A DNA stretch of 64,000 nucleotides from an uncultured Nitrososphaeraceae archaeon (GCA_963729045.1 CAVSMN010000011.1:96001-160000), one strand, 5' to 3'. Shown: positions 41,112 to 52,188, counted from the stretch's first letter. The notes: generated from the sequence alone by a model not told the origin. Numbers and translations: made by a program.

Positions 41112-41854
41112 ATGCAATCCAATATCGATGTACTAAGATATGAAAATTATGAAAAGGTAGCAAGAATGTACGACCAATTCAGGATTCAAAATCTAAGGGC
41201 ATTGGGTAGTAGCAGACAATAGCAACAGCGATTCAAACATCAGACACTTGTAAAAAGACAATAACTATTGTTTTTTGGGATATCAGCGGGTTTTCAAAGC
41301 TAACAAAGTTGTTTTATTTGATGGATTGCGAATATATCATACTAGAATTTTTAGAAGAATATTATAGGATTTCTAGCAGCATAATTGCGCATAATAATGG
41401 AGTATGGGACAAAACTATCGGGGATGGCATCATGTCATGGTTCGGGTTCTTTGAGAAAAATCTAGCAGAAAGAACTAATGAGAGGGATTACGGAGCATTA
41501 GAATCCATAAATGCTGCAATTGAACTAAGAAATAGCTTTCAGAACTTAAAAGACAAGGTGATATCAGATTGGAAAATAGATGGAGGATACCTAGATTTTA
41601 ACATAAAGTGTGGCATCAATACTGGCCAGGCTCAAATAGGCCGTGTCTATGATCAATTTACAGCCATGGGCACCAATGTTAATATTGCTAGCAGGCTACA
41701 GGAATTTGCCAAAGGTGATCAGATAATCATTTCAAACACTACAATGGAAATGATTAGTTCGAAAGGTTTTGATCTTAGGAGAATTTCTGTTGATTCGAAC
41801 AATCCTATAAAATCTTTTGAAGACATTGATTGCTGTTATGAAATCTTATTTTGA
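41112..41854 (+). CDS. Class III adenylate/guanylate cyclase, stand-alone catalytic domain; frameshift(s) near 41200-41250
   Basis: The frame upstream of ORF 41309 reads TIVFWDISGFSKL; then KTIGDGIM, GINTG, TAMGTNVNIASRLQ. Confidence 0.85.
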
Positions 41855-41986
41855 GTTAGAAAAAAAGAGGTCAATAGTTTTGTGGGGCTTTTTTTTGTAA
41901 TAAATATCAACTTTATTAATCGTAAAATAACAAAAGTATTTTTATTTGCAAGTGAACTATATCATCAACTAATAATACAGATCAAA

Positions 41987-42605
41987 ATGATAGAAAAAGA
42001 AAGTTTAGGTTTAAAAGGAAAGGGTATAAACGAGGTTTTTCTTAGCGAAAACAGAGATGAATTTGATAGCACTGTTAATGGTTATTATAGACTGATTGGT
42101 GGTGAGAATGGCAGTTACAATAAGGAAACAAGTAGGAGGCTACGGGCATTTGGTGAAGAATTGTTCAAAAAGAGATCATATGAGAAATTTACAGCCTTTA
42201 AGGCAGATCATGATGATATGATAATAGGTAATCATTTAAGATTATTTTCATTTTGTGAACATCATTTGCTTCCTTTTTTTGGAGAAGTTGCCATCGGATA
42301 TATTCCAAATAACAAAATATTCGGCCTCTCAAAGTTCCAGCGACTAGTGGACAAAGTTTCCTCTAGACCTCAGCTTCAAGAGAGACTCACATACCAAATT
42401 CTTGAGGAAATCAAAAATAGACTTGAACCTAAAGGTGTAGGCGTGGTTATAAAGGCTATTCATACTTGCGTTTTTGCAAGGGGTACTCAATCGAGTTCAG
42501 CAGAATTTACAACCTCAGCAGTTGATGGAATTTTTAAGGAAAATCAACAATACAAAGCAAGAGTTCTTTTCTATAATAAATTCAGATGGAAGACTAAGAC
42601 TGTAA
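41987..42605 (+). CDS. folE: GTP cyclohydrolase I; +1 frameshift near 42540-42543
   Basis: SFCEHHLLPFFG, GLSKF.R, RPQLQERLT, HTCVFARG; removing one A restores the C-terminus KEINNTKQEFFSIINSDGRLRL*. Confidence 0.92.
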
Positions 42606-42805
42606 TATTCTTATTTATTAAGAGGGTAAAGTTGATCTAAATTCTTTTTGTGCACCCCGAGTCGTTAACCTAATAACCTGTGCAACATTAATCATGATAC
42701 AGCATCACAATCCATTTTTGTAATTTCTTGGTGCATATATCATTTGGACACTATATGCATGTCTACGATATATTTTAATTAGATAGATGAGCGAGGAAAC
42801 CTAAA

Positions 42806-43624
42806 TTGATGTCTGCGGCCAATGATGCGAATATAGAGTATATTGATTGGAATAATGCTTTTGAAATATTAGATAAGGCTTTTAAACTTGGTATTTTTGT
42901 CCTAATAATTGGTCCAAAAGGGACTGGCAAAACCACACTCGTTAGAAAATTCGCTAAGCAGGTAAATAAGGAACTATCATCCGTAAATTTTAGCCTCAGG
43001 ACTAGAGAATCACACCTAATTGGAACTCACACTATTGATAACGGTCAGATAAATTTTGTAAATGGAGTTCTGGTTCACTCGATGACACAAGGAGATTTGT
43101 TATACCTAGATGAGCTTAATGCGGCCGAACCGGATGTGCTCCTTCGACTTGATGAAGCTTTGGATGATAGAAGACAGATTGTTTTGAAAGAATTTCATGG
43201 ACAGACTATAAAGGCAACGGACAACTGGTTTGTAATTGGGACCATCAACCCGTTGTCGCACGTTGGAACAAAAGAACTCCCACCACAGATTCTAAGCAGA
43301 TTCCCAATTAGAATAATGCTAGACTATCCTCCTGAAGATACTGAAATGGATATTATCAAAAAACATGTTAAAGTAAATAATCAGAACGATGAAGATAATA
43401 TTAAAAGTGCTATAAAATTAGCTCACAATCTACGGAAGGCAGCTTCTCTTGAAGAAATTTTTTATAGCCCTAGTTTGAGGGAAACGATCGCATATTCGAA
43501 ATTGGTAACGAACAACACAAATGCAAAAGAAGCAGCTGAATTTGTATTTGCAAACGTTTACCATCAATGGGGCGAAATTGAGTACCGAAAAGTAATGGAT
43601 ATAATAGCATCCATATTCATTTAG
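42806..43624 (+). CDS. MoxR-class AAA+ ATPase, CbbQ/NirQ/NorQ type
   Basis: GPKGTGKT, LYLDELN, 'GTKELPPQILSRF', 'YSPSLRE'. Confidence 0.9.
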   Translation: MMSAANDANIEYIDWNNAFEILDKAFKLGIFVLIIGPKGTGKTTLVRKFAKQVNKELSSVNFSLRTRESHLIGTHTIDNGQINFVNGVLVHSMTQGDLLYLDELNAAEPDVLLRLDEALDDRRQIVLKEFHGQTIKATDNWFVIGTINPLSHVGTKELPPQILSRFPIRIMLDYPPEDTEMDIIKKHVKVNNQNDEDNIKSAIKLAHNLRKAASLEEIFYSPSLRETIAYSKLVTNNTNAKEAAEFVFANVYHQWGEIEYRKVMDIIASIFI

Positions 43625-43640
43625 TTCATGTTGGCAGAGT

Positions 43641-45395
43641 ATGTCTATTTTTTGGAATATAAAAGACAATGGCAAGGACAATGATCCAAAACGTGATGAA
43701 ACTCATGATGATGAAATAAAGAACAAGCATTACAAGAAAAGGTCCGAATCGTTTTTAAGATTTGATGACCTCGATCTTGAAAATATCCACATTAGAAATG
43801 ATGTATTGCTTGAGATTGCTACATTCTTATCTAGACGATGGTCAGACAGTAATAAATCAACCATTCATATTTCAAGAGAAGGTAAAATCTCAACTAATTT
43901 GGACAAGAATAGAATTGTCCTTCCGGGATTAGATTATTTCTATGGTAACATTTTTCAAAGGTATAGGCAATGGCGAACATTACTATGGTATGAATCAGTC
44001 AGATTAAAGTATTCATTTAAGATTTTTGATACCGACGTCGTCTTTGGATTTGTATTTAACATTTTAGAAACAAAACGGATAGAAATATTGGGATTGGAAG
44101 AATGGAAAGGCATGATAAAAGAAATTATATATTACGAGGGATTATCTTGGCACAACAAACCACTACTAAATTCACTTCATGGGAAGAATAAAGTGTTAGA
44201 AGCATTTTCTCAGTTCTTTTTAACAGGCTATATAAAGGGTGAACTATACGGTGGCGAAAATGAAAGGGTAATAAGTGCATCAAACTATGCACACGACATT
44301 CTAAGAGACTATATTAAGAAATTCAAGATTAATAATAAAACTTTTGACCCGATAAAGGATCAAAAGTGGCTAGAATATGAAACAAGACAGATAATTAAGA
44401 TACTTCAGGTTGATTCACTAATGTCAGTTCCACCCATCCCGATTGTTATGCCAAAGAGCAAAGTGGGGCTTTCTATGAAGCAGGAGGAAGTTTTATCACA
44501 AATTGAAAAGCTTGTGAGGATAAAAACTAAAGAGTTAGAAATAGAGAAACTAAAAAAAGAAATTGTCCAAGGCGATGATATCAATGAAGAGTTTAGAATA
44601 ATAGTTAATGAGAGCAAAAAAAATGATAATAAAGGTTTTGAATCAACTGAAAACCTTTCCATTGCAATTCCAGACAACCTGGGGGTTGATGAAACTGCCA
44701 TTTACGATTTTGATCTAATTAATAAGGTGAAAACGGCTCTCAAGGAATGGAGAAGCGGATGGAAAGAAAAATATGATTTTAGTGGAGACGAAATAGAAAT
44801 TGAAAATTACATTGAAAAGCAGCCAAAAATTTTTATCAGTGATAAGAAAATTGCAATAAATGTAAAGATATCAGTGCTTTTGGATCTTTCAAGCAGTATC
44901 GAGGACAATGAAATAGAGTACAAAAAAGCCACAGTAGCATTGTGTGAAGGATTAGAATATCTAGGAATTAAGTTTTCCATATATGCTTTTAATACTGAAT
45001 CTAGAATGGTTAAATGTTGGGTCATTAAACCCCCAACGGCAAGATGGGGATCCATATATGCAAGAAGACTAATGCAAGTAAAACCAATAGGAGGAACACC
45101 TTTGGCAGAAATCTACAAGATACTTCAGCCAAGCATCAGCGCCTTCAAACCAGATATTTTCGTAACCCTTACAGACGGCGAACCCGCTGATATGGATGCG
45201 GTACGTTCGATAGTTTTGTCATATAAAAGAAGCGGTGTGGAAATGATTGCCATCGGTCTGGGCTCGGATTTAGGAGATGCGATAGGAATTGGACATAATT
45301 TGAAATACCTTAACTATCAAAGAATTCTAACTTTATCAAAAAAGAGGTTGCAGGATTTACCAAAAAAAGTATTAGGACTTTTAACTACAGAATGA
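43641..45395 (+). CDS. vWA-domain protein (CbbO/NorD-like architecture)
   Basis: N-terminal helical part with 'FNILETKRIE'; C-terminal MIDAS DLSSS...GGTP...TDGEP; 16 nt after the ATPase. Confidence 0.88.
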   Translation: MSIFWNIKDNGKDNDPKRDETHDDEIKNKHYKKRSESFLRFDDLDLENIHIRNDVLLEIATFLSRRWSDSNKSTIHISREGKISTNLDKNRIVLPGLDYFYGNIFQRYRQWRTLLWYESVRLKYSFKIFDTDVVFGFVFNILETKRIEILGLEEWKGMIKEIIYYEGLSWHNKPLLNSLHGKNKVLEAFSQFFLTGYIKGELYGGENERVISASNYAHDILRDYIKKFKINNKTFDPIKDQKWLEYETRQIIKILQVDSLMSVPPIPIVMPKSKVGLSMKQEEVLSQIEKLVRIKTKELEIEKLKKEIVQGDDINEEFRIIVNESKKNDNKGFESTENLSIAIPDNLGVDETAIYDFDLINKVKTALKEWRSGWKEKYDFSGDEIEIENYIEKQPKIFISDKKIAINVKISVLLDLSSSIEDNEIEYKKATVALCEGLEYLGIKFSIYAFNTESRMVKCWVIKPPTARWGSIYARRLMQVKPIGGTPLAEIYKILQPSISAFKPDIFVTLTDGEPADMDAVRSIVLSYKRSGVEMIAIGLGSDLGDAIGIGHNLKYLNYQRILTLSKKRLQDLPKKVLGLLTTE

Positions 45396-45435
45396 TGCAA
45401 TCCCACGTTAATGCACCAAAATAACAATTAACAAA

Positions 45436-46101
45436 TTAGAATGCAAGATCAGGGTTTTCTTTTTCTAGTTTTTTCCAATCCGACAAGAATGAATCTAGAC
45501 CCTTATCTGTCAATGGATGGCGTATCATCTTGTCTAGGATGTCTGGCGGAAGTGTAACGACGTCTGCCCCCATTTTTGCCGCTTCGATCACGTGTAATGG
45601 ATGACGAACGCTAGCCACCAATAGCTGGGTTGAGATATCGTAGCTGGCAAATATTTGAACAATTTCACTTACCAGATTCAGACCCTCGGATCCAATGTCA
45701 TCTAATCGACCAATAAACGGACTTACATAAGTAGCTCCGGCTTTTGCAGCCAATAACGCTTGATTTGCAGAAAAAATTAGCGTCACATTAGTTTTTATGC
45801 CTTTTTTGGTGAGCGCATGCACAACTTTTAGACCATCCATGGTCATAGGAATCTTTACGACTACATTTTCCCCATACTTTGCTAATTTCAACGACTCTTC
45901 CATCATCTTATCAAAGTCAATAGCAACTACCTCAAGACTAACTGGCCCCTTCATAATTTCTACGATTTTTTTCATGGTCTTAATTGGGTTGCCTTTTTCT
46001 TTTGAAAGCAATGTTGGGTTAGTAGTGATACCATCTACTACTCCTAATTCATTGTATTTTTCTATAGATTCAACATTGGCAGTGTCAAGGAAGATTTTCA
46101 T
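45436..46101 (-). CDS. tal: Transaldolase (short Fsa/TalC type)
   Basis: [40 protein letters not shown]. Confidence 0.93.
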   Translation of the reverse strand: MKIFLDTANVESIEKYNELGVVDGITTNPTLLSKEKGNPIKTMKKIVEIMKGPVSLEVVAIDFDKMMEESLKLAKYGENVVVKIPMTMDGLKVVHALTKKGIKTNVTLIFSANQALLAAKAGATYVSPFIGRLDDIGSEGLNLVSEIVQIFASYDISTQLLVASVRHPLHVIEAAKMGADVVTLPPDILDKMIRHPLTDKGLDSFLSDWKKLEKENPDLAF

Positions 46102-47090
46102 TTTTTTTCACCCTTTTTTAGAGCAACCACATTTTTTACTATTTCCCTTGGAGATAAGCCATATTTATCTAAAAGTGAATCGATTTCCTCGTCTCTTGCA
46201 GATTCACCATACCTGTCTCTAATGCCTATTTTTCTTACAAAAGTAGGGCATATTTCAGAGGTCACTTCTGAAATTGCAGAACCCAGTCCCCCTACTATAT
46301 TATGTTCTTCTATGGAAGCCAATGAGCCCGTTTCTTTCGTACATTTATAAATCAATTCAGAGTCTATCGGCTTGATAGAGTACATATCTACAACCCTACA
46401 AGAAATATTATGATCCTTTTTCAAGATTTCGCTTGCCCTCAGTGATGCTGAGACCATAGTTCCACAGGAAAATAAACTGATATCATTGCCATCTTTTATT
46501 ATGGTTCCCTTTCCAATTTCAAAGTTGGATTCTTCAGAATAGATTTCCTCAGTTGAAGGCCTAGCTAACCTTACATAGAATGGACCCGGAATATTCACTA
46601 TTTTTTCCAATAGTTTTTTGACTGAAATCGCATCGGCAGGTACCAAGACCCGCATATTTGGTAAAGATCTCATAATAGAGATATCCTCTATTTGTTGGTG
46701 AGACGCACCATCAGGTCCCACAGATAAACCTGCATGAGATACTACGATTTTCACATCTAGGTTGGGATAGCAAATCGCATTTCTAATCTGATCTAAACAC
46801 CTGCCTGGAATAAAAGCAGCATAAGTACTCGCGAAAGATACTTTACCCGCAATAGCAAGGCCAGCTGCGATTGAAACTAAATTAGCTTCGGCTATTCCAA
46901 CATTGAAGAGTCTATCAGGAAATTTTTCACCGAATTTTTTTGTTTTAAGTGAATCAGTAGTATCACCCCCTATGCATACTATGTTAGGATACTTTTTACC
47001 TAAATTTACAAGGCTATCTCCGTATGCGGATCGCATATCAGAAAATTTAATATCACTAGTAGTCAAATGGGTCAATTCATAGTTCACCAT
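46098..47090 (-). CDS. Transketolase C-terminal subunit
   Basis: [35 protein letters not shown]. Confidence 0.93.
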   Translation of the reverse strand: MVNYELTHLTTSDIKFSDMRSAYGDSLVNLGKKYPNIVCIGGDTTDSLKTKKFGEKFPDRLFNVGIAEANLVSIAAGLAIAGKVSFASTYAAFIPGRCLDQIRNAICYPNLDVKIVVSHAGLSVGPDGASHQQIEDISIMRSLPNMRVLVPADAISVKKLLEKIVNIPGPFYVRLARPSTEEIYSEESNFEIGKGTIIKDGNDISLFSCGTMVSASLRASEILKKDHNISCRVVDMYSIKPIDSELIYKCTKETGSLASIEEHNIVGGLGSAISEVTSEICPTFVRKIGIRDRYGESARDEEIDSLLDKYGLSPREIVKNVVALKKGEKK

Positions 47091-47151
47091 TATACATTAT
47101 ATCTTTTCTTTCAATATCAAACATTTTTGCACCCTCGTCATTAGTGTTCAA

Positions 47152-48843
47152 TTATTTCGATAAATTAAATTGTTCTATTATGTTCCTACGACCCTTAATC
47201 CAATCTTCTTCAAGATTTAAAGCCCGGGATTCATCGAGCAAATTCTTTTCCAGGTAGGAATCGAGTAAAAACCTAGTTTCCCTAATTCTCTTGTCAACAT
47301 CGCTGTAACCAAATATTGCATTTCCCATTACAAATATTCTACAACCAGCATCAAAGCACTCAGTTATCGTCGACAGATCTATTCCACCATCGGCCTCAAA
47401 ATAGCCCTTAAATCCCCGCTCCCTTAGTAAAGGGATAGCCTTTTTCATTTTAGGTAAAACTTCCGGAATGAATTTTTGACCAGCAAAACCAGGATTTACA
47501 GACATTATTATAATTACATCAAGATTATCAAGGTAGGAGAAAATCCATTCGGGAATTTCGGTGCCAGGATTTATGGCTAGGCCAGGGCTAACACCACTTG
47601 ATACTAGTTTAGAATTGATCCTCTCAAATTCTTGTTCGTTACTACAAGCCTCTGCATGAACAGTTATAACATCACATCCGGCATCGATATAACGATCCAA
47701 GACTAAGTCAGGCTTTTGGATCATCAGATGAGCATCAAAGGGCAATCTGGTCCCATCACGTAATTTCTTGATAGTATCAAAGAAGAAGGTCGAGTTTGGC
47801 ACAAATATTCCATCCATCACATCTAAATGTATCATATCTGCACCGTATCGCTCGGCTGTTGCAATTTTCTGTTTCAAACTTTCCTCACTGGTTCCGTCAG
47901 CTCCTGCTATAATAGAAGGAGAAATCATATACTCCCCTTCCAGTTCCCTTACTAACAACGGTAAGTGTTTCTTTGAAGGGGCCTTCCCATGCCACTGAGG
48001 ATTGTTAGCCATATGTTTTATCCCGTTCCCTTTCACCGTATTTGCTATTATTATTTTGGGCTTATCGACAGGTCTTTTTAAAAGCTCAGGAATCAGCTGT
48101 TCAATCTTATGACCATTAATTTCAACCACTTCCCAGTTAAAGGAAAGCCATTTTTCTTTGATAGGGTCAATTGGCATAATCTCCTCGGTAAATCCATCTT
48201 GCTGAATCTTATTTCTATCCAATATGGCAATAAGGTTATTAAGTTTGAATTTAGCAGCAGCCATTGACGCTTCCCATATCTGACCTTCGTTAGTCTCGCC
48301 ATCACCCAGTAGACAGTACACCATATTGTCTCGCTTGTCAAGCTTATTAGATAGGCATATCCCAATTGAGACAGAAAGACCTATACCTTCAGACCCCCCA
48401 GAATATTCAATTCCCGGCACGCTGTGATGCTTTTGCATTTCGCTATATCTTACAGGATGGCCTTGTAAACGTGAATTCAATTTTCGTAAAGTCTTGATTT
48501 CTTCCTTTGGGAAAGATCCAGCAAGGGATAAAGTAGCATAATATCCAGGTGCCGAATGAGCCTTTGAATTGATGAAATAGTCTCGATTAGGATTAGAGGG
48601 ATGTTTAATATCATTATTCATTATCTGAAAATAAAGACAGCCCATAATCTCTGCAGCTGAAAAAGATGCTCCAGGATGTCCAGATCCTGCTTCTGCGATG
48701 CCAGTTAAGGCTATAGTACGTAATTCTTTAAGTTTTTCCTTTAATTTCAAATACCTATTTATCTTATACATATTATCATCAAACTCTTCATCCTTGGCAT
48801 GCCCACCACTCCATTTCAAACATCTCCGTATAATAGTTTTCAA
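47152..48843 (-). CDS. Transketolase N-terminal subunit fused to ribulose-phosphate 3-epimerase (start may be 48771)
   Basis: GSGHPG, LQGHP, GDGE..EGQ.WE, WHGKAP, followed in frame by ISPSII, HLDVMDG.FVPN, DAHLM, TVHAE, MSVNPGFAGQKF, EADGGI. Confidence 0.93.
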   Translation of the reverse strand: MKTIIRRCLKWSGGHAKDEEFDDNMYKINRYLKLKEKLKELRTIALTGIAEAGSGHPGASFSAAEIMGCLYFQIMNNDIKHPSNPNRDYFINSKAHSAPGYYATLSLAGSFPKEEIKTLRKLNSRLQGHPVRYSEMQKHHSVPGIEYSGGSEGIGLSVSIGICLSNKLDKRDNMVYCLLGDGETNEGQIWEASMAAAKFKLNNLIAILDRNKIQQDGFTEEIMPIDPIKEKWLSFNWEVVEINGHKIEQLIPELLKRPVDKPKIIIANTVKGNGIKHMANNPQWHGKAPSKKHLPLLVRELEGEYMISPSIIAGADGTSEESLKQKIATAERYGADMIHLDVMDGIFVPNSTFFFDTIKKLRDGTRLPFDAHLMIQKPDLVLDRYIDAGCDVITVHAEACSNEQEFERINSKLVSSGVSPGLAINPGTEIPEWIFSYLDNLDVIIIMSVNPGFAGQKFIPEVLPKMKKAIPLLRERGFKGYFEADGGIDLSTITECFDAGCRIFVMGNAIFGYSDVDKRIRETRFLLDSYLEKNLLDESRALNLEEDWIKGRRNIIEQFNLSK

Positions 48844-48885
48844 ATGTCAAATAAATAAAAAGGTAGCTTCGTTTAGAAAACGATT

Positions 48886-49221
48886 TTACATTTTTGTTCC
48901 AATACTAGACAAAATCGATTCCATATCTCTCTTCGTAAGCCCTATTCCCATTTTGGCATCTCTACGATCCTTTATTGTATTTTTAGAGAAGGCGATTAAG
49001 GTCGGTACTGCGTTGATACCATATTTATCCCACAATGGGTTTTCATCCTCGTTTATTTTTACAGCACCAAAAAGAATATTATTATCGCTCAAGGTTTTAA
49101 CTGAATTTTCAAATATAGGTATGAAACTTTTACAATAATAGCACCAATCAGCATAAAACAAAATTAAGGAATTTTCACCACTCGTGGCGGAGTCAAGTTC
49201 GGCCTGGTTAAAGTCTTTCAT
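48886..49221 (-). CDS. Thioredoxin family protein
   Basis: FYADWCYYC and 'INAVPTLI'. Confidence 0.88.
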   Translation of the reverse strand: MKDFNQAELDSATSGENSLILFYADWCYYCKSFIPIFENSVKTLSDNNILFGAVKINEDENPLWDKYGINAVPTLIAFSKNTIKDRRDAKMGIGLTKRDMESILSSIGTKM

Positions 49222-49534
49222 ACTGTAATTTTGTAGATGTATGGTAAAAAATATTTGCAAAAATGACCTGTGGTAATTGTCGTTCTAATTACGGTTGGTT
49301 GTTTGGCTGATTCATAGTAGCTGATTATCTTTTGATATAGATAAAAAATTTGCACCAGAAAATCACAATCTTCTACTAAAAAAAAGAGAAATGTTTACAC
49401 CATTATTGCTATATCTGCCATTCTCATTTTATGCTAATTGATTAAAGTAAAAAGGTAGGAAATGCACTGGTTGACATGATTATCTTAAAAAACGCAACAT
49501 ATCATCCAAAAACCTTTTATTTTTTTCTTGTTTG

Positions 49535-49774
49535 TTATCTTATTGGTTTACCGAAATCATCGTTATCTAGTGCGCCTTTGAAAACTTTATCATAACATGC
49601 TTCTGCATTGTCGACCGAGAAAGATCCATTATGGTTGGCAGCTCTTGTAACACAATTAAAATACCTAGTTAAAGCGTTAGCTGGTTCAACGACCATTAAT
49701 TGTGCCAATATCAATACCGAGAAAACAATACATGATATTTTTAAAGCAGTTTTTAAATTTTGGTTCATGATCAT
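49535..49774 (-). CDS. Small secreted two-cysteine protein
   Basis: Signal peptide ending ANA; YFNCV...AEACYDKVF. Confidence 0.8.
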   Translation of the reverse strand: MIMNQNLKTALKISCIVFSVLILAQLMVVEPANALTRYFNCVTRAANHNGSFSVDNAEACYDKVFKGALDNDDFGKPIR

Positions 49775-49780
49775 TGCAGA

Positions 49781-50116
49781 TTATTCGCCTCCGAATTCGA
49801 TATCTTCATCACTATCATCATCCAGTGGTGCGCTTCCCAAAAGAATTTCATCATAACAACTTTTTACTTCATGTTTGGTTGGTTCCTTTTCAAAGTATGA
49901 ATCTTCGTCAGCCCCTTTGCTTGAATCTATTTTTTCATCAATGCAGTCATAAAATTGTGGTAATCCGCTATCTAAGGTTTGGTTTCCACTATTAATTTCT
50001 ATCAAATCCACGGCCTGAGAGTACGCCTTCTCTGTATGCAGTGGGGTTCCTGCGATACTTGAAACGGTAATCATAAGGGCTGAAAATACTAACGAATTTA
50101 TCCAGAGATATTTCAT
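49781..50116 (-). CDS. Small secreted two-cysteine acidic protein
   Basis: Signal peptide; FYDCI...VKSCYDEIL. Confidence 0.8.
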   Translation of the reverse strand: MKYLWINSLVFSALMITVSSIAGTPLHTEKAYSQAVDLIEINSGNQTLDSGLPQFYDCIDEKIDSSKGADEDSYFEKEPTKHEVKSCYDEILLGSAPLDDDSDEDIEFGGE

Positions 50117-50727
50117 CCTACAAAAAGTTAGAAATAAATTATTTAACCCATTCTACAAAATACTCCAAATGAATCCTCAAGAACAAAGTATGTTCAGTAT
50201 TTCAAATGCCACTCAAACTTTAACCAAGAGACTCTAAAATACCAGTAGTTGTGTTGATTTTATGACGGGTTTACTCGAATATCAAAATATAACAACTATT
50301 TTCAGTTTTTTCAAGTCACAATGTTAAGTAAACCGGAGAAATATCTTCACAGTTTGAGAATCAGAAATATTTGACTACGGGAATAAGGCAATTGTTTTCA
50401 TCATCATAAAGAATTTTTGAAAAGGTAGGAGACCTCTTGTGTGAAAACCTTTTACAAATTAATAAATCCTTCAATATTAAATTTCGACTGATCAATGCAG
50501 GTCTTGTACTTTGTTATTTGTCATGATTAAGATAAGGTGAGATCATCAAGTCATCGCACGAGATCCCTTTGGTTGATAATATTTTAAAATCAAATAGATA
50601 TTGTGAATTCATAATATAACGAATTAAATCAAATTTTCAACCTAATCTTCTAGAAATGAAACACGCATGAGGTATAGAATATAAATATAATCATGATTAT
50701 AGTCTCATATTGATTTTTTTGTCCAAA

Positions 50728-52002
50728 ATGAAATATTTCTGGTTGATTATGATAGTTTTTACAAGTTTGGCAGTTATTCATTCCCCTCAAGCATTTGGTC
50801 AAAGTCAAAGCTTAGAACAACATCTAGGTTTGTTTGGCAATGGGAATAACTCATTGTTAAATGATATATTCAATAAAGTAAAAGATTCTGTGGTTCAAAT
50901 AAGTACAGAATATCAACCTACAGATCCTTCAAATAGATCTTACGATTCGACGGGTAATAGTCCATACGCAATGAAGTTTGGTTCTGGATTTGTTTACGAC
51001 AAATCAGGCACCATAATAACGAACTATCATGTTGTAAGCTCGGCAACTAACATAATAGTTACTTTCAACGATGGTAACAGCTATACTGCTAAAGTGGTTG
51101 GTGTAGATCCTTATGGAGATATATCTATATTGAAACTGGATAATCCGGTGGACGAAAAATTGATTCCAGTAACGTTATCAAACTCTTCTTCCTTAAAAGT
51201 TGGCGATCCGGTTTTGGCTATTGGTAACCCATATGGGCTCGATAATACTCTAACATTTGGTATTGTTAGTCAAATCGGTAGATTATTGCCAAACTCAGAC
51301 TTGGGTTACTCAATTCCCAATGTAATTCAGACAGATGCTGCTATTAATCCAGGCAATTCAGGAGGACCCCTGATAGACCTTGATGGTAAAGTCGTAGGCA
51401 TGAACACTGCGATATTTTCAAATACAGGAACTTACACAGGAGTGGGATTTGCGATTCCTTCAAATGATATCATTAGAATAATACCTCCTTTAATAAAAAC
51501 AGGTACTTACCAGCATCCCTGGTTAGGCATATCAGGATCAAAGTTATCACCCACTTTAGCTGAAATGTTTGGATTACCTCTTAATTACAAAGGTGTATTA
51601 ATTGAGGATGTTGTGCAAGATGGACCTGCGGACAAAGCAGGTTTGAAAGGAATGTTAATTCAAGGAAACAGATTTGGTGAACAACAAATACTAGATAAAG
51701 ATATTATAATTGCAATAGACAGCAATCCTGTTTCAAGAATTGATGATATAATTTCCTATTTAGACATTAACAAGAAGGTAGGAGACAAAGTGGATTTGAC
51801 CGTTAACCGTAATGGGCAAACAATAAACCTTGTCGCGAATTTAGAGGCCAGACCGAATTTGCCTTTGCAAGAGATTCAATCACAATCGGAACCCAATTAT
51901 GACAACCCCCAACCCTATACTCCGTTCCCAAATTTCAAACTACCACCGCTTCCAGAATTTAAACTCCCAGATTTACCTAATTTTAACATCCCTGGATTAT
52001 GA
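50728..52002 (+). CDS. HtrA/DegP-family serine protease with PDZ domain
   Basis: GSGF, TNYHVV, 'DISILK', IQTDAAINPGNSGGPL, PWLGI PDZ entry; signal peptide. Confidence 0.93.
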   Translation: MKYFWLIMIVFTSLAVIHSPQAFGQSQSLEQHLGLFGNGNNSLLNDIFNKVKDSVVQISTEYQPTDPSNRSYDSTGNSPYAMKFGSGFVYDKSGTIITNYHVVSSATNIIVTFNDGNSYTAKVVGVDPYGDISILKLDNPVDEKLIPVTLSNSSSLKVGDPVLAIGNPYGLDNTLTFGIVSQIGRLLPNSDLGYSIPNVIQTDAAINPGNSGGPLIDLDGKVVGMNTAIFSNTGTYTGVGFAIPSNDIIRIIPPLIKTGTYQHPWLGISGSKLSPTLAEMFGLPLNYKGVLIEDVVQDGPADKAGLKGMLIQGNRFGEQQILDKDIIIAIDSNPVSRIDDIISYLDINKKVGDKVDLTVNRNGQTINLVANLEARPNLPLQEIQSQSEPNYDNPQPYTPFPNFKLPPLPEFKLPDLPNFNIPGL

Positions 52003-52188
52003 TATAATGGATAAATAACTACTTTAACTCCGAGCTTACATACTAATCATCTTGTTTGGGAACGACCTGATCAAAAATTATATAATTTAAGGATGGATTT
52101 TCTTTACGTGAAGTGCATGCATTAGATGGAAGTAGTTAGTTTAGATTTAGATTTATAAACCTTCATTTCTTTCATTTACAATGGATAT

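Noticed and set aside
40243..49138. Long antisense ORFs such as 40243-40854, 45797-46222 and 48698-49138
   Set aside because: They overlap well-supported genes on the opposite strand and carry no recognisable motifs.
49450..50430. 11-bp direct repeat AAAAGGTAGGA flanking the two small secreted genes
   Set aside because: Too short to be meaningful in AT-rich DNA, with no terminal inverted repeats or mobility gene.
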